Below, piece by piece: positions 41,372 through 52,394 of a stretch of DNA of 64,000 nt; the stretch's first letter is position 1, and each line of letters starts with the position of its first letter. Source of the DNA: an uncultured Alcanivorax sp. (GTDB lineage Bacteria > Pseudomonadota > Gammaproteobacteria > Pseudomonadales > Alcanivoracaceae); assembly GCA_964391345.1 (NCBI GenBank), contig CAYMKZ010000002.1:69-64068 (forward strand), written 5' to 3'. A program made the translations under genes and the position numbers. The notes under the pieces were generated by a model. That model searched no databases and was not told the DNA's origin. It was given only the letters and a program-made list of their open reading frames with translations.

Positions 41372-42397
41372 ATGTCAGCGGTTGTGACATTGGCCGTGGA
41401 CGCCATGGGCGGCGACCACGGTTTGCAGATAACCGTGCCCGCCGTGGCACGGGTACTGGCGCGCCACTCCGACCTTCGGGTATTGCTGGTCGGTGATCCG
41501 GACGCGCTGGCACTGGCGCTCGGCAAGGAAGGGCTGCGCGGGCATGAGCGTGTCACCGTGGTAGCCGCTTCGCAGGTGGTGACCATGGACGATTCCGTGG
41601 CCGTGGCCCTGCGCAACAAGAAAGACTCGTCAATGCGGGTGGCCATCAACCAGCTCAAGGAAGGGCACGCCCAGGCGGCGGTCAGCGCCGGCAACACCGG
41701 GGCGTTGATGGCCATCAGCCGCTTCGTGCTGAAAACCCTGCCGGGGGTGGACCGCCCCGCCATCTGCACCGCCATTCCCACCGCCACGGGGCATTGTCAC
41801 ATGCTCGATCTGGGCGCCAATGTGGATTCCGGCGCCAGCCATCTGTTGCAGTTCGCGATGATGGGGCAGGCCGTGGTGCGCGCCGTGGACGGCAACAAGA
41901 CGCCGAAGGTGGCGTTGCTGAACATCGGCGAGGAAGACATCAAGGGCAACGAACAGATCAAGGAAGCGGCGGCGCTGCTGCACCAGGCCGCGGATCTCAA
42001 TTATGTCGGTTTCGTGGAGGGCAACGGCATCTTCCTTGGCGAGGTGGATGTGGTGGTCTGCGACGGGTTTGTCGGCAATGTGTCGCTGAAAACCATGGAA
42101 GGCGTGGCCAAGATGATCGCTGGCATGATCCGCGAGGAAACCCGCCGTTCTCCGCTGCGGCTGCTCAGCGGCCTGTTCGCGCTGCCGCTGCTGGGCGGCC
42201 TGAAAAAGCGCATGGACCCGGACGGCTACAACGGCGCCAGCCTGGTGGGGCTCGATGGCGTGGTGGTGAAAAGCCACGGCGGCACCAGCGTCAATGGCTT
42301 TGCCTGCGCCCTGGAAGTGGCCTTGCTGGAAGCGCGCCGCAATGTGCCGGCGCTGATCCGCGACGCCCTGGCGCCTGCCGCCCAGGCGGTGTCGTAA
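41372..42397 (+). CDS. plsX: Phosphate acyltransferase PlsX
   Basis: AVDAMGGD, SAGNTGA, DLGANV, LLNIGEEDIKG, VVCDGFVGN, VKSHG. Confidence 0.95.
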   Translation: MSAVVTLAVDAMGGDHGLQITVPAVARVLARHSDLRVLLVGDPDALALALGKEGLRGHERVTVVAASQVVTMDDSVAVALRNKKDSSMRVAINQLKEGHAQAAVSAGNTGALMAISRFVLKTLPGVDRPAICTAIPTATGHCHMLDLGANVDSGASHLLQFAMMGQAVVRAVDGNKTPKVALLNIGEEDIKGNEQIKEAAALLHQAADLNYVGFVEGNGIFLGEVDVVVCDGFVGNVSLKTMEGVAKMIAGMIREETRRSPLRLLSGLFALPLLGGLKKRMDPDGYNGASLVGLDGVVVKSHGGTSVNGFACALEVALLEARRNVPALIRDALAPAAQAVS

Positions 42398-42521
42398 GCG
42401 GCCTGGCCACATGACGATGGCTGGCCGGTCATTCATAATTTGTTGCACGGGTGGGCGGACTTTGCCTGGGCTTGAGGGCATACTGCGCGCTTTCCCCAGC
42501 AGACACCAATGAGGACAACGC

Positions 42522-43451
42522 ATGTCGAAAACCGCTTTCGTGTTTCCCGGTCAGGGCTCCCAGAGCCTGGGTATGCTGGCTGATTTCGCCGAACAGACAC
42601 CGGTACGCCAGGCTTTCCAGGAAGCCTCCGGCGCTCTCGACCTGGATCTCTGGGCGCTGGCGCAAAACGGGCCGGATGCCGAGCTGAACCGCACCGAAAA
42701 CACCCAGCCGTTGCTGCTCACCGCCGGCGTGGCGCTGTGGAAACTGTGGGAACAGAGCGGCGGCGCGCGACCGGCGCTGCTGGCCGGCCACAGTCTTGGC
42801 GAATACACCGCGCTGGCCTGTGCCGGGGTGCTGTCTCTGGGTGACGCGGTACGGCTGGTGCGCAGCCGTGGCCGGCTGATGCAGTCCGCGGTGGCCGAAG
42901 GCGAGGGCGGCATGGCGGCGATCCTCGGTCTGGATGACGATCAGGTCCGTGAAGCCTGCGCCACGGCGGCGGGTGATGGGGTGGTCGAGGCGGTCAATTT
43001 CAATGCTCCCGGACAGGTGGTCATCGCCGGCGGCAGCGCAGCGGTTGAGCGCGCCATCGAAGCCTGCAAGAATGCCGGCGCCAAACGCGCCCTCGGCTTG
43101 CCGGTGAGCGTGCCGTCGCACTGTGCGCTGATGCTGCCGGCGGCGGAAAAACTGTCCGAGGAGCTGCAGAACGTGCGCTTTCATGCGCCGGAGCTGCCGG
43201 TGATCAACAATGTGGACGTGGCCCGGGAAAGCGATCCAGAACGCATCCGTGATGCGCTGGTGCGGCAACTGCATTCTCCGGTACGCTGGGTGGAAACCGT
43301 GCAGGCACTGGCCGCCGAGGGCGTGGAAACGCTTTATGAATGCGGGCCTGGCAAGGTATTGTGTGGTCTGGCCAAGCGTATCGACCGCTCCCTGGCGGCC
43401 CGGCCGCTGGAGAGCGGCGCGGCTTTTGAGGCGGCACTGAGCGGGGAATGA
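42522..43451 (+). CDS. fabD: Malonyl-CoA:ACP transacylase
   Basis: FPGQGSQ, GHSLGEY, VNFNAPGQVVIAG, VSVPSH. Confidence 0.96.
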   Translation: MSKTAFVFPGQGSQSLGMLADFAEQTPVRQAFQEASGALDLDLWALAQNGPDAELNRTENTQPLLLTAGVALWKLWEQSGGARPALLAGHSLGEYTALACAGVLSLGDAVRLVRSRGRLMQSAVAEGEGGMAAILGLDDDQVREACATAAGDGVVEAVNFNAPGQVVIAGGSAAVERAIEACKNAGAKRALGLPVSVPSHCALMLPAAEKLSEELQNVRFHAPELPVINNVDVARESDPERIRDALVRQLHSPVRWVETVQALAAEGVETLYECGPGKVLCGLAKRIDRSLAARPLESGAAFEAALSGE

Positions 43452-43473
43452 CCGCGTTGGGTGAGGAAAAAGG

Positions 43474-44208
43474 ATGAGTGAAGACAAGAAAGTGGCGCTG
43501 GTGACCGGCGCCACTCGGGGCATCGGCCGCGCCATTGCCGAGCAACTGGCCGCCGACGGTTTCTTCGTGGTCGGCACCGCCACCAGTGAAGCCGGCGCCC
43601 GCAGCATCAGCGAGCACCTGGGTGCGAACGGCAGCGGCGTGGTGTTGAACGTGGCCGACGATCAATCCGTGGAGGACACCCTCAAGGCGGTGATCGCCGA
43701 GCAGGGCGCCCCTCTGGTGCTGGTCAACAACGCCGGCATCACCCGCGACAACATCATGCTGCGGATGAAGGCCGATGAATGGCAGGACGTCATCAACACC
43801 AACCTGAATTCCCTGTACCGGGTTTCCAAGGCCTGCCTGAAGGGCATGACCAAGGCCCGCTGGGGCCGGATCATCAACATCAGTTCCGTGGTGGGCACCA
43901 TGGGCAACGCCGGGCAGGCCAATTACGCCGCCGCCAAAGGTGGCGTGGAAGGGTTTACCCGCGCCCTGGCCAGGGAACTGGGTTCGCGCAACATTACTGT
44001 CAATTCGGTGGCGCCGGGTTTCATCCGCACCGACATGACGGATGCATTACCGGAAAGCCAGCGTGACGCTCTGCTGGGCGAAATCCCGCTGGGGCGCTTG
44101 GGCACGCCGGCGGAAGTGGCCAGCGCGGTGGCCTGGCTGGCCAGCGACGGCGGCGCCTACGTGACCGGTACAACAGTGCACGTCAACGGTGGCATGTTCA
44201 CCGGCTGA
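43474..44208 (+). CDS. fabG: 3-oxoacyl-ACP reductase
   Basis: TGATRGIG, NNAGITRD, NYAAAK, VNGGM. Confidence 0.95.
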   Translation: MSEDKKVALVTGATRGIGRAIAEQLAADGFFVVGTATSEAGARSISEHLGANGSGVVLNVADDQSVEDTLKAVIAEQGAPLVLVNNAGITRDNIMLRMKADEWQDVINTNLNSLYRVSKACLKGMTKARWGRIINISSVVGTMGNAGQANYAAAKGGVEGFTRALARELGSRNITVNSVAPGFIRTDMTDALPESQRDALLGEIPLGRLGTPAEVASAVAWLASDGGAYVTGTTVHVNGGMFTG

Positions 44209-44362
44209 CCTGTCGAGGACGAGTGAGGGCGGAGGATTCAGCCGTCCATCGTAAACATTTGAAACCTATGACCGCGGTAGCCGCTTGCATGCGCGAACGG
44301 CGTTCCCATAGAATAGCCGCTCATAGGTGCTTGCACACCATCAACAGGAGAGTAATAAGATC

Positions 44363-44596
44363 ATGAGCAGCATCGAAGAACGGGTCCAGAAGATCATCGT
44401 TGAGCAACTCGGCGTCAAACCCGAAGATGTCAAGTCCGAGGCTTCCTTTGTTGAAGACCTGGGTGCGGATTCCCTGGATACCGTTGAGCTGGTAATGGCC
44501 CTCGAAGAAGAGTTCGAGACCGAAATCCCGGATGAGGAAGCCGAGAAGATCAGCACCGTTCAAGCTGCCGTGGACTACATCAAGTCTCACAGCTAA
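44363..44596 (+). CDS. acpP: Acyl carrier protein
   Basis: [20 protein letters not shown]. Confidence 0.97.
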   Translation: MSSIEERVQKIIVEQLGVKPEDVKSEASFVEDLGADSLDTVELVMALEEEFETEIPDEEAEKISTVQAAVDYIKSHS

Positions 44597-44632
44597 TTCG
44601 CGGTCGCAGCCAACGCAGAACCGTATAAAAAG

Positions 44633-44664
44633 ACCGCAGGCTCTTCGGGCTTGCGGTTTTTTTT
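44633..44664 (+). terminator. Intrinsic terminator after acpP
   Basis: ACCGCAGGCT-CTTCG-GGCTTGCGGT stem (two G.T pairs) ending in a T8 tract. Confidence 0.85.
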
Positions 44665-44743
44665 GCCACTTCGAGCTGGCGGACGCCTGATCGCCCGGCA
44701 TCGGCTTTTGCTTTGCGGTTCCTGAACTCGGGAGGGAATACAG

Positions 44744-45982
44744 GTGACACGACGTCGTGTAGTTATCACCGGTCTTGGCATGTTGAGCCCGCTGGGCGCT
44801 GACGTGGCCAGCACCTGGGAAGGCATCAAAGCCGGGCGCAGCGGTATCCGCGCCATCGACCATTTCGATACCGAAGGCTTTGGTACCCGCTTTGCCGGAC
44901 TGGTGCCGGAATTCGATCTCTCGCCTTATCTCAGCAGCAAGGACGCCCGCAAGATGGACCTGTTCGTCCAGTACGGCATGGTCGCGGCGATCCAGGCGAT
45001 AGGGGATTCCGGGCTGGAAATGGACAGCGAGGACGGCGAGCGCATGGGGGCCGCGTTCGGCTCCGGCATCGGCGGCCTGACCAACATCGAAGAGAACCAC
45101 CGCAAGCTGCTGGAAGGCGGCCCGCGCAAGCTGTCGCCGTTCTTCGTACCGAGCACCATCATCAACATGATTTCCGGCAACCTGGCGATCCTGTACGGGC
45201 TGAAAGGGCCCAATTTCGCCACGGTCACCGCTTGCACCTCGGGCACCCACAACATCGGTTTCGCCGCCCAGCAGATCCAGCTCGACAATGCCGACATCAT
45301 GATCGCCGGCGGCGCCGAGAAAGGCTCCACGCCGCTGGGCATGGGTGGCTTTGGCGCCGCCCGGGCATTGTCCACGCGCAATGACGACCCGCAGGGCGCC
45401 AGCCGTCCCTGGGATCGCGACCGCGATGGTTTCGTGCTGGCGGACGGCGCCGGCGCCGCGGGGGTGGTCGCGTACGAACCCGCGCGCGCGCGCGGCGCCC
45501 ACAGCTACGGTGAGCTGGGCGGCGTCGGGCGCAGCGACGACGCCTATCACATGACGGCCCCGTCCGAAGACGGCGCCGGCGCGGCGCTGTCCATGCGCAA
45601 TGCTTTCCGCAATGCCGGTATCGATCCGGCGGTGGTGGATTACGTCAACGCCCACGCCACCTCGACCAAGGTCGGCGATCTCATCGAGATTCGCGCGGTG
45701 AAGAGCGTTTTCGGCGAGCAGGCGAACAAGCTGGCGATGAGTTCCACCAAATCCATGGTCGGCCATCTGCTCGGTGCCGCCGGCGCCGTGGAGGCCATCT
45801 TCACGCTGCTGGCCATGCGCGATTCCGTTGCCCCGCCGACCATCAACCTGGATAACCCGGATGAAGGCTGCGATCTGAACCTGGTGGCCAATCAGGCCCA
45901 GCAGCGCACCATCGACGTGGCCATCTCCAATTCCTTCGGTTTTGGCGGCACCAACGGCACGCTGATTTTCCGCAAAGTGTGA
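44744..45982 (+). CDS. fabF: 3-oxoacyl-ACP synthase II
   Basis: Catalytic C (TACTSG), H (NAHATST), H (GHLLGAAG), [10 protein letters not shown]; anomalous segment at 45458-45532. Confidence 0.95.
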   Translation: MTRRRVVITGLGMLSPLGADVASTWEGIKAGRSGIRAIDHFDTEGFGTRFAGLVPEFDLSPYLSSKDARKMDLFVQYGMVAAIQAIGDSGLEMDSEDGERMGAAFGSGIGGLTNIEENHRKLLEGGPRKLSPFFVPSTIINMISGNLAILYGLKGPNFATVTACTSGTHNIGFAAQQIQLDNADIMIAGGAEKGSTPLGMGGFGAARALSTRNDDPQGASRPWDRDRDGFVLADGAGAAGVVAYEPARARGAHSYGELGGVGRSDDAYHMTAPSEDGAGAALSMRNAFRNAGIDPAVVDYVNAHATSTKVGDLIEIRAVKSVFGEQANKLAMSSTKSMVGHLLGAAGAVEAIFTLLAMRDSVAPPTINLDNPDEGCDLNLVANQAQQRTIDVAISNSFGFGGTNGTLIFRKV

Positions 45983-46764
45983 ATCAGCGGCTGACGGACA
46001 GCGATCGCGGCCTTGCCTACGGCGACGGCCTGTTCGAGACGGTGCGGGTCGATGCCGGAGGGCGAGCGCCGCTGTGGCCACGGCACCGTGCGCGCTTGCT
46101 GGCCGGCGCTGCCCGTCTCGGCATCCCTTTGGAGGCCGCCGCCGTGGAGCGCTGTCTTGAGGACGCTCTGCGTGGCCAGCGGCAGGCCGGAGTGGCCAAA
46201 CTCATCCTTACCAGAGGGCAGGGCGGCCGTGGCTATCTGCCCCCCGCCCAGCCTTCACCAACTCTGATTGGCCGTTTCGGGCCGGCCCCGCAATGGCCGG
46301 ATTCCCTGCGCCACGAGGGCCTGGATATCGGCCTTTGTGATACGCCGCTCGGCGATGATCCACTGGCCGGCCTCAAGCATCTGAACCGGTTGCCGCAAGT
46401 GCTGGCGCGCGCCGAGGTGGAACGGCACGGCTGGCATGAAGGATTGTTGCTGAATGCCCGCCGCCAGCCGGTGGAGGCCACCGCCATGAATCTGTTCGCA
46501 GTGTTCGGCAACGTGCTGTGGACGCCCTCGCTGCAACGGGCCGGCGTGGCGGGAGTGGCGCGCGCCTGGCTGTTGCAGCATGCCGCCGGCCAGGGTCTGC
46601 TGCCGCGCATCGAGATGCTGCCGTTGTCCCGTTTGCGCCAGGCCGACGGCGTCTTTCTCGCCAACAGTGTTGTCGGTGTGCTGCCAGTGCGTAAACTGGC
46701 GCAATGGGTCTGGCCTGTGCCGGCGCCAGTACGACAAATCCAGCAACACCTGCAGAGTTTGTAA
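45979..46764 (+). CDS. pabC: Aminodeoxychorismate lyase
   Basis: [35 protein letters not shown]. Confidence 0.9.
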   Translation: MNQRLTDSDRGLAYGDGLFETVRVDAGGRAPLWPRHRARLLAGAARLGIPLEAAAVERCLEDALRGQRQAGVAKLILTRGQGGRGYLPPAQPSPTLIGRFGPAPQWPDSLRHEGLDIGLCDTPLGDDPLAGLKHLNRLPQVLARAEVERHGWHEGLLLNARRQPVEATAMNLFAVFGNVLWTPSLQRAGVAGVARAWLLQHAAGQGLLPRIEMLPLSRLRQADGVFLANSVVGVLPVRKLAQWVWPVPAPVRQIQQHLQSL

Positions 46765-48507
<1,743 letters not shown>

Positions 48508-48522
<15 letters not shown>

Positions 48523-49506
48523 CCTATCCAGGCACCCTGTCCCTGGCACCAGGAAGAGATGCGCTTGCGTCTGCAACAGTTCCAGCAGGGACGGTTGCCC
48601 CATGCCTTGCTGTTCAGCGGCGCTCCCGGTATCGGCAAGTTCCGGCTGGCGGAGTCCTTCGCGCAACTGCTGCTCTGCGCGCAGCCGGTAGGCGGGCTGC
48701 CCTGCGGCGAGTGCGACGGCTGTCACCTCAGCACCGCCGGCACTCATCCTGATTATCATGCGCTGTCACCGGAGGCCGGCAGTCATGTGATCAAGATCGA
48801 TCAGGTGCGCCGGCTGGTGGAATTCTGTGCGCGTACCGCGCATCACGGCGGCGCCAGGGTGGCGCTGATCGCGCCCGCGGAGGCGCTCAACCGGAACGCC
48901 CAGAACGCCTTGCTGAAAACCCTGGAAGAACCGGGAGATGGTCTGCTGCTGCTGCTGGTCAGCCATCAGCCGAGCCTGTTGTTGCCGACCATCCGCAGCC
49001 GCTGCCAGCATCGGCGCCTGCCGTTGCCGGCCACGGAGGCCGCGTTGAGCTGGCTGAAGCCGCAAGTGGGCGAGCACGCCAGCGCCTTGCTGGCCGCCGC
49101 CAGGGGCGCGCCTCTGGCGGCGCTGAGCCTGGAGGACGCGGACTGGTTCGTGCGCCGTGAGCAGTTGGTAGCGGAGTTGCTGGCGGTGGCTCAGGGACGG
49201 GTATCGCCGAGCCAGGGCGCGCGTCTGCTGACCGGCTTCGAGCCTCGCGTCATGGCCGCCGCGTTGTACGGCTGGCTGGCGCGGGCGGCGCATCTGGCGG
49301 CGCTGGGCGATGCGCCGGCGCCGCCGACGGCGGTCAGCGACCCGCAGGTGGAGCCTGTTCTGCGCCAACTGGCCGCCTCCGTGCCGCCGGCACGGCTGCT
49401 GCGTAGCACCCAGCAGGTGATGACCGGCTATCGCAACCTGCTGGCCGGCGCCAACCCCAACAAGGAACTGCTGGTGGAGCAGTGGCTGCTGTCGCTGATC
49501 CGTTGA
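48508..49506 (+). CDS. holB: DNA polymerase III delta' subunit
   Basis: HALLFSGAPGIGK, CGECDGC, HPDY, IKIDQVR, AQNALLKTLEEP, TIRSRC. Confidence 0.94.
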
Positions 49507-49535
49507 CCCGCGTCGCCACCGCTCCCCGGCTTCGA

Positions 49536-51038
49536 TCAATTCACCACGTCTTCCGGCTTGATGTCGAGCAGACCGGGCCTGGCGTCCTGCTGTTTCGGCA
49601 GCACCAGGTTCAGTGCCAGCACCACCAGCAGATTGACGATCAACGCATAAACGGCGGCATAGGCGGAGAAAGTGTGGCCGAACACATGCAGCGGATAGAT
49701 GGCGCTGAAACCCTGGCTCATGGCCATCAGCGTGCCCGCTATCATGCCGGCCAGCCAGCCCGCGATCAGGGCACTCTTGTGCAGTCGTTTCACATAAAGA
49801 CCGACCAGCAGTGACGGCAGTGTCTGGATGATCCAGATGCCGCCCAGAAGCTGCAACTGGATGGCGAACTTCTGCGGCAGCAGCAGGATGAAGGCCAGCG
49901 CCCCCAGTTTCACCACCAGCGAGATGTTTTTCGCCATGCGGGCCTCCGCCGCGGGACTGGCGCCCGGCTTGAGATATTCCTTGTAGATATTGCGCGTGAA
50001 CAGGTTGGCGGCGGCGATCGACATGATGGCCGCCGGTACCAGCGCGCCGATGGCGATGGCCGCCATGGCCACGCCCACGAACCAGCCCGGGAAGTAGTTG
50101 AGAAACAGGGCCGGTACGGTGTAGCTGGGGCCGAACTGCTTGAAGCCTTCGGCGAAGGCCGGGTTGTCGGCCACACCGGAAACCACCGCCATGAAGCCGA
50201 GCAAGGAGATCAGTGCCAGCAACAGCGAGTAGATCGGCAGCAACGCCGTGTTGCGCTTGATGGTGTTCTCGCTGCTGGCGCTCAACAGGCCGGTGAAGGC
50301 GTGGGGGTACAGGAACAATGCCAGTGCCGACCCCAAAGCGAGGGTGGCGTAGGCGCCGGCGGTCTTGCTGTCGAGCAGCAGTTTGGAGGGCTCGATGCTG
50401 GCGAACAGCTTGTCGTAACCGCCCAGGTGCGAGGGAATGACGACCACGGCGGCGATGATGGTGACGTAGATCAGCAGATCCTTGACCACCGCCACCAGTG
50501 CCGGCGCGCGCAGGCCGCTGGTATAGGTGTAGGCGGCGAGGATGGCGAAGGCGATGATCAGCGGCCATTCGCCGTGCAGACCCAGCGCGCCGATCACCAC
50601 TTCGATGCCCACCAGTTGCAGGGCGATGTAGGGCATGGTGGCGAGGATGCCGGTGAGTGCCACCAGCAGCGCCAGGGTAGGGCTGGCGTAGCGTTCGCGC
50701 ACGAAATCGCTGCCGGTGATGTAGCCTTGCTGCTTGGAGATGCGCCACAGGCGCGGGAACAGCAGAAACACCACGCAGAAAGCGACCAGCGTATAGGGCG
50801 TGGCGAAAAAGCCGATGGCACCCATGCCGAACACCATCGCCGGTACGGCGATGAAGGTATAGGCGGTATAGAGGTCGCCGCCGAGCAGGAACCAGGTGAC
50901 GACGGTGCCGAAACGGCGCCCGCCCAGCCCCCATTCGTCGAGATGGTTGAGATCGGCGCGGCGCCAGTTGGCGGCGACGAAACCGAGGATGGTAACCAGA
51001 ACAAACAGGCCGATGAAGACCCACAGTGCAGCGGACAT
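49536..51038 (-). CDS. Sodium:solute symporter, MctP-like
   Basis: DEWGLGGRRFGT, GGDLYTAYTFIAVP, PYIALQLVGI, ALFLYPH, LFTRNIY; GGAG before the ATG. Confidence 0.9.
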   Translation of the reverse strand: MSAALWVFIGLFVLVTILGFVAANWRRADLNHLDEWGLGGRRFGTVVTWFLLGGDLYTAYTFIAVPAMVFGMGAIGFFATPYTLVAFCVVFLLFPRLWRISKQQGYITGSDFVRERYASPTLALLVALTGILATMPYIALQLVGIEVVIGALGLHGEWPLIIAFAILAAYTYTSGLRAPALVAVVKDLLIYVTIIAAVVVIPSHLGGYDKLFASIEPSKLLLDSKTAGAYATLALGSALALFLYPHAFTGLLSASSENTIKRNTALLPIYSLLLALISLLGFMAVVSGVADNPAFAEGFKQFGPSYTVPALFLNYFPGWFVGVAMAAIAIGALVPAAIMSIAAANLFTRNIYKEYLKPGASPAAEARMAKNISLVVKLGALAFILLLPQKFAIQLQLLGGIWIIQTLPSLLVGLYVKRLHKSALIAGWLAGMIAGTLMAMSQGFSAIYPLHVFGHTFSAYAAVYALIVNLLVVLALNLVLPKQQDARPGLLDIKPEDVVN

Positions 51039-51052
51039 GATGGCTCCTTGAG

Positions 51053-51247
51053 TCAGATGCGGGCCTTGTAGGCGAAGAAGGTAACGACGGCGCTGACGAT
51101 CACCCAGCAGAACTGGAACCAGTAGAAGAAGGGAATGCCGGCGAGCTTGGGATCGATCCGGTTGTAGAGCGGCACCCAAAGGGCGATCAGACAGATCAGC
51201 AGGATGGCGCAGACCCAAAACAGGCGTTTGCGAGTGGAAATGGACAT
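51053..51247 (-). CDS. DUF3311-family small membrane protein (SSS partner)
   Basis: LWVPLYNRIDPKLAGIPFFYWFQ; directly upstream of the symporter. Confidence 0.88.
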   Translation of the reverse strand: MSISTRKRLFWVCAILLICLIALWVPLYNRIDPKLAGIPFFYWFQFCWVIVSAVVTFFAYKARI

Positions 51248-51394
51248 GGCGTTCTCTCTGTGCTTTCGTTGAATTCTGTTGTGCGTATTGTTGTTTGGAG
51301 GGGGATTTTGCCGTAATTTTCACGCGCCGTCAGCGCCCGGAGAAAGTTTGCTTGGGCCGACGTTCCCCGATGCATTGTGGAGATGAGCTGTTTC

Positions 51395-52189
51395 ATGACT
51401 GAAAGCGTACTGGAGTTGGTGGATTCTCACTGCCATCTGGATCGTCTCGACCTGGATGCCTACGACGGCGATTTCCAGGCATTGCTGGCAGCCACTCGCG
51501 CGGACGGAATTTCCCACATGCTGTGCATCGGCGTGGATCTGGAAACCTTTCCCCGCGTTCGTCAGCTGGCCGAACAGCATCCGGACATTCACGCCACCGT
51601 GGGCGTTCATCCCCTCTACAGAGAATCACGGGAGCCCGACGCCGGAGAGCTGGCGCGCCTGGCGGCCCACCCCAGAGTGGTGGCCATTGGTGAAACCGGT
51701 CTGGATTACTTCTACGCCAGGGACGATCACGACTGGCAGACGGCCCGTTTCATCGAGCATATCCGCGCCGCGCGCCTGACCGGGCTGCCGCTGGTGATCC
51801 ATACCCGTGGCGCCAAGGAAGATACGCTGGCCCTGCTGCGCCGCGAGGGCGGCGGCGAAGTCGCCGGCGTATTGCACTGTTTCACCGAAGATCTGGATAT
51901 GGCCCGGCAAGCCATGGAGCTGGGCTTTTATATTTCCATCTCCGGCATCGTCACTTTTCGTAATGCCGAAGCACTGCGGGAAACGGTACGCCAACTGCCG
52001 CTGGAACGGCTGCTGATCGAGACTGATTCTCCCTGGCTGGCGCCCATTCCGTATCGGGGCAAGCCCAATGAGCCGCGCTATGTGGCCAGAGTGGCGGAGT
52101 GTGTGGCGCAATTGAAAGGCGTCTCCGTGGCCGAGCTGGCGCGGGTCACCCGCGACAATTTTTATGCCCTGTTCAGCAAGGCCGGATAA
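51395..52189 (+). CDS. TatD-family hydrolase (YcfH-like)
   Basis: DSHCHL, GVHP, IGETGLDY, IHTR, LHCF, ETDSP. Confidence 0.93.
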   Translation: MTESVLELVDSHCHLDRLDLDAYDGDFQALLAATRADGISHMLCIGVDLETFPRVRQLAEQHPDIHATVGVHPLYRESREPDAGELARLAAHPRVVAIGETGLDYFYARDDHDWQTARFIEHIRAARLTGLPLVIHTRGAKEDTLALLRREGGGEVAGVLHCFTEDLDMARQAMELGFYISISGIVTFRNAEALRETVRQLPLERLLIETDSPWLAPIPYRGKPNEPRYVARVAECVAQLKGVSVAELARVTRDNFYALFSKAG

Positions 52190-52394
52190 CGGCAACAGGC
52201 GGCGCCGGCGGAACAACCGCGACATTCCGGAGTCTCAATCAGCGGTTGCGAAAACACCCTCGCCGGGGGGCGATCTCCACTGATTGAACAGAAGCCGCGA
52301 CAAGCGCGGCCTGGAACAACGGCGGTCTTTCCATTAGCTTGGATAGAGTCACCGGCTTCGGCGGGTACAGAAATCCATGGCAAGGAGGACAGAC

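Noticed and set aside
42398-42521. No fabH between plsX and fabD
   Set aside because: The plsX-fabD-fabG order without fabH is the known arrangement in Pseudomonas-like genomes.
44321-46081. 586-aa minus-strand ORF
   Set aside because: Antisense to acpP and fabF.
48766-51024. 752-aa minus-strand ORF
   Set aside because: Alternative frame over holB and the symporter; no recognisable domain.
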